Position numbers and translations under genes: made by a program
The notes under the pieces: model-generated
The model's database searches: none
The model's input: only the letters and a program-made list of their open reading frames with translations
What the model was told of the DNA's origin: nothing
Part shown: positions 59,400 through 64,000 of the stretch, piece by piece
Position numbering within the stretch: position 1 is the stretch's first letter
How the letters are laid out: each line of letters opens with the position of its first letter
From: Neoechinorhynchus agilis
Taxonomy: Eukaryota; Animalia; Acanthocephala
Assembly (NCBI GenBank): GCA_051530055.1
Contig: JBMGUZ010000005.1
Span: 1-64,000 of the forward strand
Reading direction: 5' to 3'
DNA: 64,000 bases

Positions 59400-59900
59400 A
59401 GCATCGTTGTCCGTTTTTCAAGCACAAGGTTCAGCTACGCAAGATAGATGACAGATTGAAAGACCGTCTCAAGCAAGTTTTAAATTTCCAGCTGTCAGAA
59501 GAAGTATGGCGACAAGCATCTTTGCTTGTATCTTCTGGCCGTTTGGGCATCCGCCCGCACTTTTCGACTCCAATGAGGGAAGCAGAAGCGCAGTTCAGCG
59601 CATTTTGAAGGATACGTATCGTCTTGATAGGCATTTTGAAGAGGGAATCAGTGAGTGGTGACACTGACTAACTCCGATCAAATACCTGTGAATGGATAAA
59701 AACAATCTGTGTTGGATCGACCTCTCGTCGGAAGAGTTCAAAGCTCTCTTTCTTATCAGATTCAAGCGACGACGTTGTCCGTGCCAGGTTGTTGGCAGTC
59801 TCCACTAGAGAATCAGGTGCTTGGTTGAACGCGGTCCTGCTGGCATCTGTGGGTACTCTCTCCGACGACGCAGTTCGGGTCACCGACGACACCGATGCCG
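59400..59900 (+). mobile_element. CRE-like fragment
   Basis: QLSEEVWRQAS...RARLLAVSTRESGAWLNA. Confidence 0.8.
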
Positions 59901-59949
59901 TCTCGGGACGCTCCGGCAGTTTATCACCAATAGTTCAACGCCGTGTGTG

Positions 59950-61600
59950 ATTTTGAGGTGCGCCTTTACAAATGCTTTCAATTCCATTAACTGTACCGCT
60001 CTGTTTGAGGCACTCAAAAAGTCACGGACCAGAAGCTCTTCCTTATTTTCTCAACGCATACGGCACCCAGCCTCCTTTGCTGTTTAATGAACAACTCATT
60101 TGGTTTGAAAGAGGAGTACAGCAGGGAGACCCTCTCGGTCCAATCGATTTCTCACTTGCAGCGAATTCAATAGCGCCCTCTCTCCAGCTTTAACGCTTGG
60201 TACCTGGATGACGCTACGCTCGGAGGTGAACCCTTCGTAGTACTGCGCGATCTGGAGACACTCGTAAGGGAGACTGCGAGATTGGGAATTGAGCTTAATA
60301 CAGGGAAATGCGAACTGTTGGTAATGAACATCGAAGATGAGTCAGCGCAGAGCGAACTCGTCAAAGGTTTTAGAAATCTGGCACCTAGCGGCTGAGTTTT
60401 CTTGGGAGCTGCGTTTTTTATTCTAATGTGGAAAATGAAATCGACCATCTACTCCCGAACACCACGATGCTGTGCGATAAAGTCCCGGAACTTTCGTCAC
60501 ACGAAGCTCTATTCCTGACGAAGAATACCCTCTTCATCCCGAAACAACTTTATAAACTGCGTACGGCTTCATTCTTCAAGCACGTCGATAAGTTAAAACA
60601 AGCTCGATGACATTGTGAAGGCGTGTTTCGACCACATTTTAAATATTCAGCTATCAGACGAGGCCTGGCGATAAGTTTCATTGCATGTATCGTCCGGTGT
60701 GTGTCGTTGCCCACATTTTTGGGATCACTCAAAGGTAGTCGGGATCTGGTAAAACGTACATTGGGACCCATGTTCTGTTTAGCGGACGAATTTCTAGTAG
60801 CGGCCAAGGAATGATGGAAGAACACGGGTTACAACCAAGTTCTCGTGAATGACCTAAAGCAGTCTATTTGAGATATACCTTTTGTCGCCTGAGCTCATAG
60901 TTCTCTAATTTCAGGCTCTCGCGACGAAGGTCGACCGGGCTAGATTGCTGGCAGTCTCTACAAGAGAATCGGGAGCATGGTTAGAAGCCGTACCCATTGC
61001 ATCCGTGGGAACACTCCTCATAGACGAAGCAGTTCGGATCGGAGTTTCCCTTAGATTAGGCCTACCGATTTGTGTCGAACAGCCTTGCCGGTGTCTAATG
61101 ATCGTGGATCCACTGGGGAGACATGGTCTTGTTTGCAACAAAACAGCGGGTCGTTTCTCGCGGTGTGCAGAATTGAACGACGTAATTTCGCGTGCCCTAA
61201 ATACGGTGAACGTCCAAAACATTTTAGAGCTAAGCAACCGTCCGGATGGCGTCGCCGTATTCCCGTGGCGAGAAGACAAATGACTTCTGTGGGACGCCAC
61301 GTGGTTAGACACGTTCGCGGCAAGTAACAGGAGGTTTGTGGTGCAAGTTCCAGGGGGAGCGGCTACTGCCGCGAGTCTCACGTTTTTGTACCCTTTGGAG
61401 TGGAGACTCTTGGTGCGCTCGCTAACTCGGCACTACAAAGGAGTTATCGAGAAGACAAGAAATACAAGAGCTGGTACCTTCATGCGCCAAACCATTGGTC
61501 TCGCGATCCAAAGAGGAAACGCAGCGAGTGCGGTCGCGACCACTGAGGGGAGAGCGATGCCTCTTCTTCGTGGACGGTGGTGATTGTTGAAACGTTTTGT
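59950..61600 (+). mobile_element. decayed 5'-truncated CRE-like RLE non-LTR retrotransposon
   Basis: GVQQGDPLGP, WYLDD, SHEALFL, STRESGAWLEAVP, CRC...DPLGRHGLVC, RPDG..FPW, QTIGLAIQRGNAAS; many stops. Confidence 0.9.
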
Positions 61601-61941
61601 TGTTGTGTTTGAAACAAAAAGTGTAATAAAATAAACTGTTTCAACAGAAAATTTTATTTTGAAACTAATAAAAATTAAAATGTTGTTTTACTGCTAAGTG
61701 GTTTTTCATTTTTTAACTTTCGTTATAGAACGATAAAATCCGATTAAATTGTTTAATTTACCTTACGTGATTGGGATAATGCATCGCCCGTTTCCGTAAA
61801 ATCTGTAGTCAAAAGTTCAAGAAAAACACAAGGGGAAATAAGCATGAATCTCTGTTAATCGAAGCTCCGTCGACAATCGAATCATAGAAACGGAACTTAA
61901 AGCCCATCGAAATTTTTTTTTGATTTTCATTCTGTCTTTCA

Positions 61942-63795
61942 TCAATCAGTTGACGAGATGTGCTTCTTAGCGCACGCCTCCTTCGCATTGGATACTTCGG
62001 CATTAGCCATAGCAATAACCTGCATGAAATCGGACGGATCCCTGTGAGCCTCAAAACGAAGACAAAACTTCTCGATTAATCCGTGCTGATTTGTTGCAAC
62101 CCACGAGAAGCAATTCGGTCGCTTTTCACGTGCTACGAACTTAACGCTCGAATCAATTGCATGATTGACTATGATTTGTCGATCATTTTCTTTTTTAAAA
62201 ATAAGTCGGTATATCTTATCCTTGTCAGTACTCAATGTAACAATTCCACGTCCGCACTCTTTCCATTCTGCTTTGAGAGATCCATCGAATCTATATAATA
62301 TGCTGCATTGGCTCTTAAAAAGTATGTCGTCGATATCATCGTCGGTAGATTTTGCAGGTTCATATAATGGCTTGAGATCGGAACTAGGCATAGAAAAGTC
62401 TTTTTCTCTTTGCGAAATCGAGTTCGGTTGATTGGCTGATAATTTATTGCTCGCGAGGCACTTTTGCTTAATATCTTCTTCAACGGTGTCCTCATCAACA
62501 GAGCTTGCTACCTGGTTTCCAGTAACCGAGCTAGAACTTGATTTAGTATCAAATTGCCTTTGAAAGGCATTGAACGGCGGCAATGAAATCGATTCTTCAG
62601 CTAGAGATTCATGACTGAGCTCGGATTGATCATGATTCACGTCCGTGCGAAAATCCAATGAGCTACTTCTAATGGAAACTGGAGCAGATTTCAGATCGGT
62701 CTTTTTGGGTTCTTGATCAATGATTGTGGGTTCAAAACATCTATGATTAGATTTCACAATGGGTTTTATCGTCACCTCCTCGGCGACTGAATTTTCTACA
62801 CATGATATTTTATACACTTTAGACGAATTCTCCTCTGTTGCATTCGATTGCTCCGATGATACCAATTGTTCGTCACTTTCACGTTCAGGGATTCCATTGT
62901 CATTATGATTTTCAATCAATAGATCCTCGGTTTCAGTTGAGACGTCATGTTTGATCATTTCCCAACCTCCACCGGCCTTAGGCTTAATTATATGTGCGAA
63001 CGGCATCGTTGCGTTGATTACTTCATTCGTAGAAGAGTATTGATTAAAACTCATTAACGGTTGATTATCCTGTGGATGCGATGGTGGAAGAAGACTATCA
63101 GGGACCAAAAAGGGCAAATCATTTTCCGTTGGTTGCAATGGTTGACAAAATGGCATCGTGGTTTGGTAGAAATAATTCGGTGGATTAGTCGCCATACAGA
63201 ATGGAGGAGGCGGATGTGCATTCGGTTGTTCGTACGTTGCTGGAATAGAAAGATTAGTCAATGCATAATCGATTTCTCGGACCTTCAACGTCATTTGATC
63301 GTAGATTGAATTTAAGTTCACTTTACGCTCATACGATTTCATTCGATCCATAAACGACGTATTTGCCATTGATTGCATAGCTCGCTGATTCGAGACCGAT
63401 TCAAACCGCATATCACTCAATAGAGTCGTTATTCGACGAACTGAATTTGTGAACGACGATATGGATGCTCCAATCTGATTGCCCAGTACGTCCGTGAATT
63501 GGTCCAATTTATAGTTGATATCGTCCATGAAGTAAGCCATCGATCGGTTGGACGTCTTATTGTAGGTGGTGTTAAAATAATCAACTTGCGGAACATCGCC
63601 ATCATCATCATCATCATTGCCGTGCCATGCTTCGGGCGCTTGGTTGGATCGCTGTTGGCTGTCCGGACCAAAATAATAAGTTTTGTGTTCATTGGAAGCC
63701 ATCTGAAAAGTTGAGAAAATCTCATAAGAAAACTCACAATTGAGACCGACGGAAAGGCGCGGCATCTGAAAAGATCGGGCGCGTGCCTCGCTCAT
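61942..63795 (-). CDS. RanBP1-domain (RanBD) protein, intronless, 617 aa (alternative start at 63702)
   Basis: C-terminal LFKSQCSILYRFD...EWKECGRG.V...YRLIF...VNHAI...FSW.A...EKFCLRF matches RanBD; long low-complexity N-terminus; uninterrupted ORF. Confidence 0.85.
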   Translation of the reverse strand: MSEARARSFQMPRLSVGLNCEFSYEIFSTFQMASNEHKTYYFGPDSQQRSNQAPEAWHGNDDDDDGDVPQVDYFNTTYNKTSNRSMAYFMDDINYKLDQFTDVLGNQIGASISSFTNSVRRITTLLSDMRFESVSNQRAMQSMANTSFMDRMKSYERKVNLNSIYDQMTLKVREIDYALTNLSIPATYEQPNAHPPPPFCMATNPPNYFYQTTMPFCQPLQPTENDLPFLVPDSLLPPSHPQDNQPLMSFNQYSSTNEVINATMPFAHIIKPKAGGGWEMIKHDVSTETEDLLIENHNDNGIPERESDEQLVSSEQSNATEENSSKVYKISCVENSVAEEVTIKPIVKSNHRCFEPTIIDQEPKKTDLKSAPVSIRSSSLDFRTDVNHDQSELSHESLAEESISLPPFNAFQRQFDTKSSSSSVTGNQVASSVDEDTVEEDIKQKCLASNKLSANQPNSISQREKDFSMPSSDLKPLYEPAKSTDDDIDDILFKSQCSILYRFDGSLKAEWKECGRGIVTLSTDKDKIYRLIFKKENDRQIIVNHAIDSSVKFVAREKRPNCFSWVATNQHGLIEKFCLRFEAHRDPSDFMQVIAMANAEVSNAKEACAKKHISSTD

Positions 63796-63889
63796 TCAAC
63801 GGACACATCTACCAAAAATGAAGATGCGCGCCGTCAGAAACGAGTGGACAGTGCGCGCGCACAAAGTCGAGTGGTGCTTCATCCGACGA

Positions 63890-63897
63890 TGACGTCA
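63890..63897. promoter_or_regulatory. palindromic TGACGTCA (CRE/ATF-type) site ~95 bp upstream of the RanBD ORF
   Basis: Exact 8-mer in a GC-richer stretch upstream of the ATG; motif match only. Confidence 0.3.
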
Positions 63898-64000
63898 CTC
63901 GGAAAAATACGTACTCATTTGTTAAACGGCGCCCACAATCAACGTTGGTTGGAAAGGTAATTAAGAAAACCAATTAATGGAAAACTAAGAAGTGAGCTAG

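Larger units (their letters stand above)
57529..59848. repeat. segmental duplication B, copy 2 (inverted)
   Basis: Reverse complement of 44239-46871. Confidence 0.93.

Overview
Eukaryotic, not prokaryotic. The window has three parts. (1) 1-7596: a mitochondrial genome segment on the minus strand (invertebrate mitochondrial code, so the supplied ORF track breaks genes at TGA). Gene order read on the coding strand is nad6-D-(atp8?)-atp6-nad3-W-NCR-V-K-E-T-S2-nad4L-nad4-(H)-nad5-L2-P-cob-nad1-I-NCR-M-rrnS, all co-oriented and GT-rich. This matches the acanthocephalan (thorny-headed worm) arrangement as I recall it; the host assignment is an inference. (2) 7597-24593: a ~17 kb array of a 173-bp tandem satellite that switches orientation at ~14100. 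Its monomer is essentially all coding sequence from a LINE reverse-transcriptase domain: 28/56 aa identical without gaps to the RT of a decayed LINE at 31-33.9 kb in this window. (3) 24594-64000: repeat-rich nuclear DNA. It holds a 1560-bp NUMT inside a pyruvate-kinase-like gene, Penelope-like remnants with minimal hammerhead ribozyme motifs, CRE-like RLE non-LTR elements, L2/CR1, Gypsy and mariner remnants, segmental duplications, decayed PKA- and CK1-like kinase copies, and one apparently intact RanBP1-domain gene. Strongest leads: the RT-derived nucleosome-sized satellite, a positional atp8 candidate, the PLE hammerheads and the synonymous-biased NUMT. Boundaries of tRNAs and TE remnants are approximate (read by eye).
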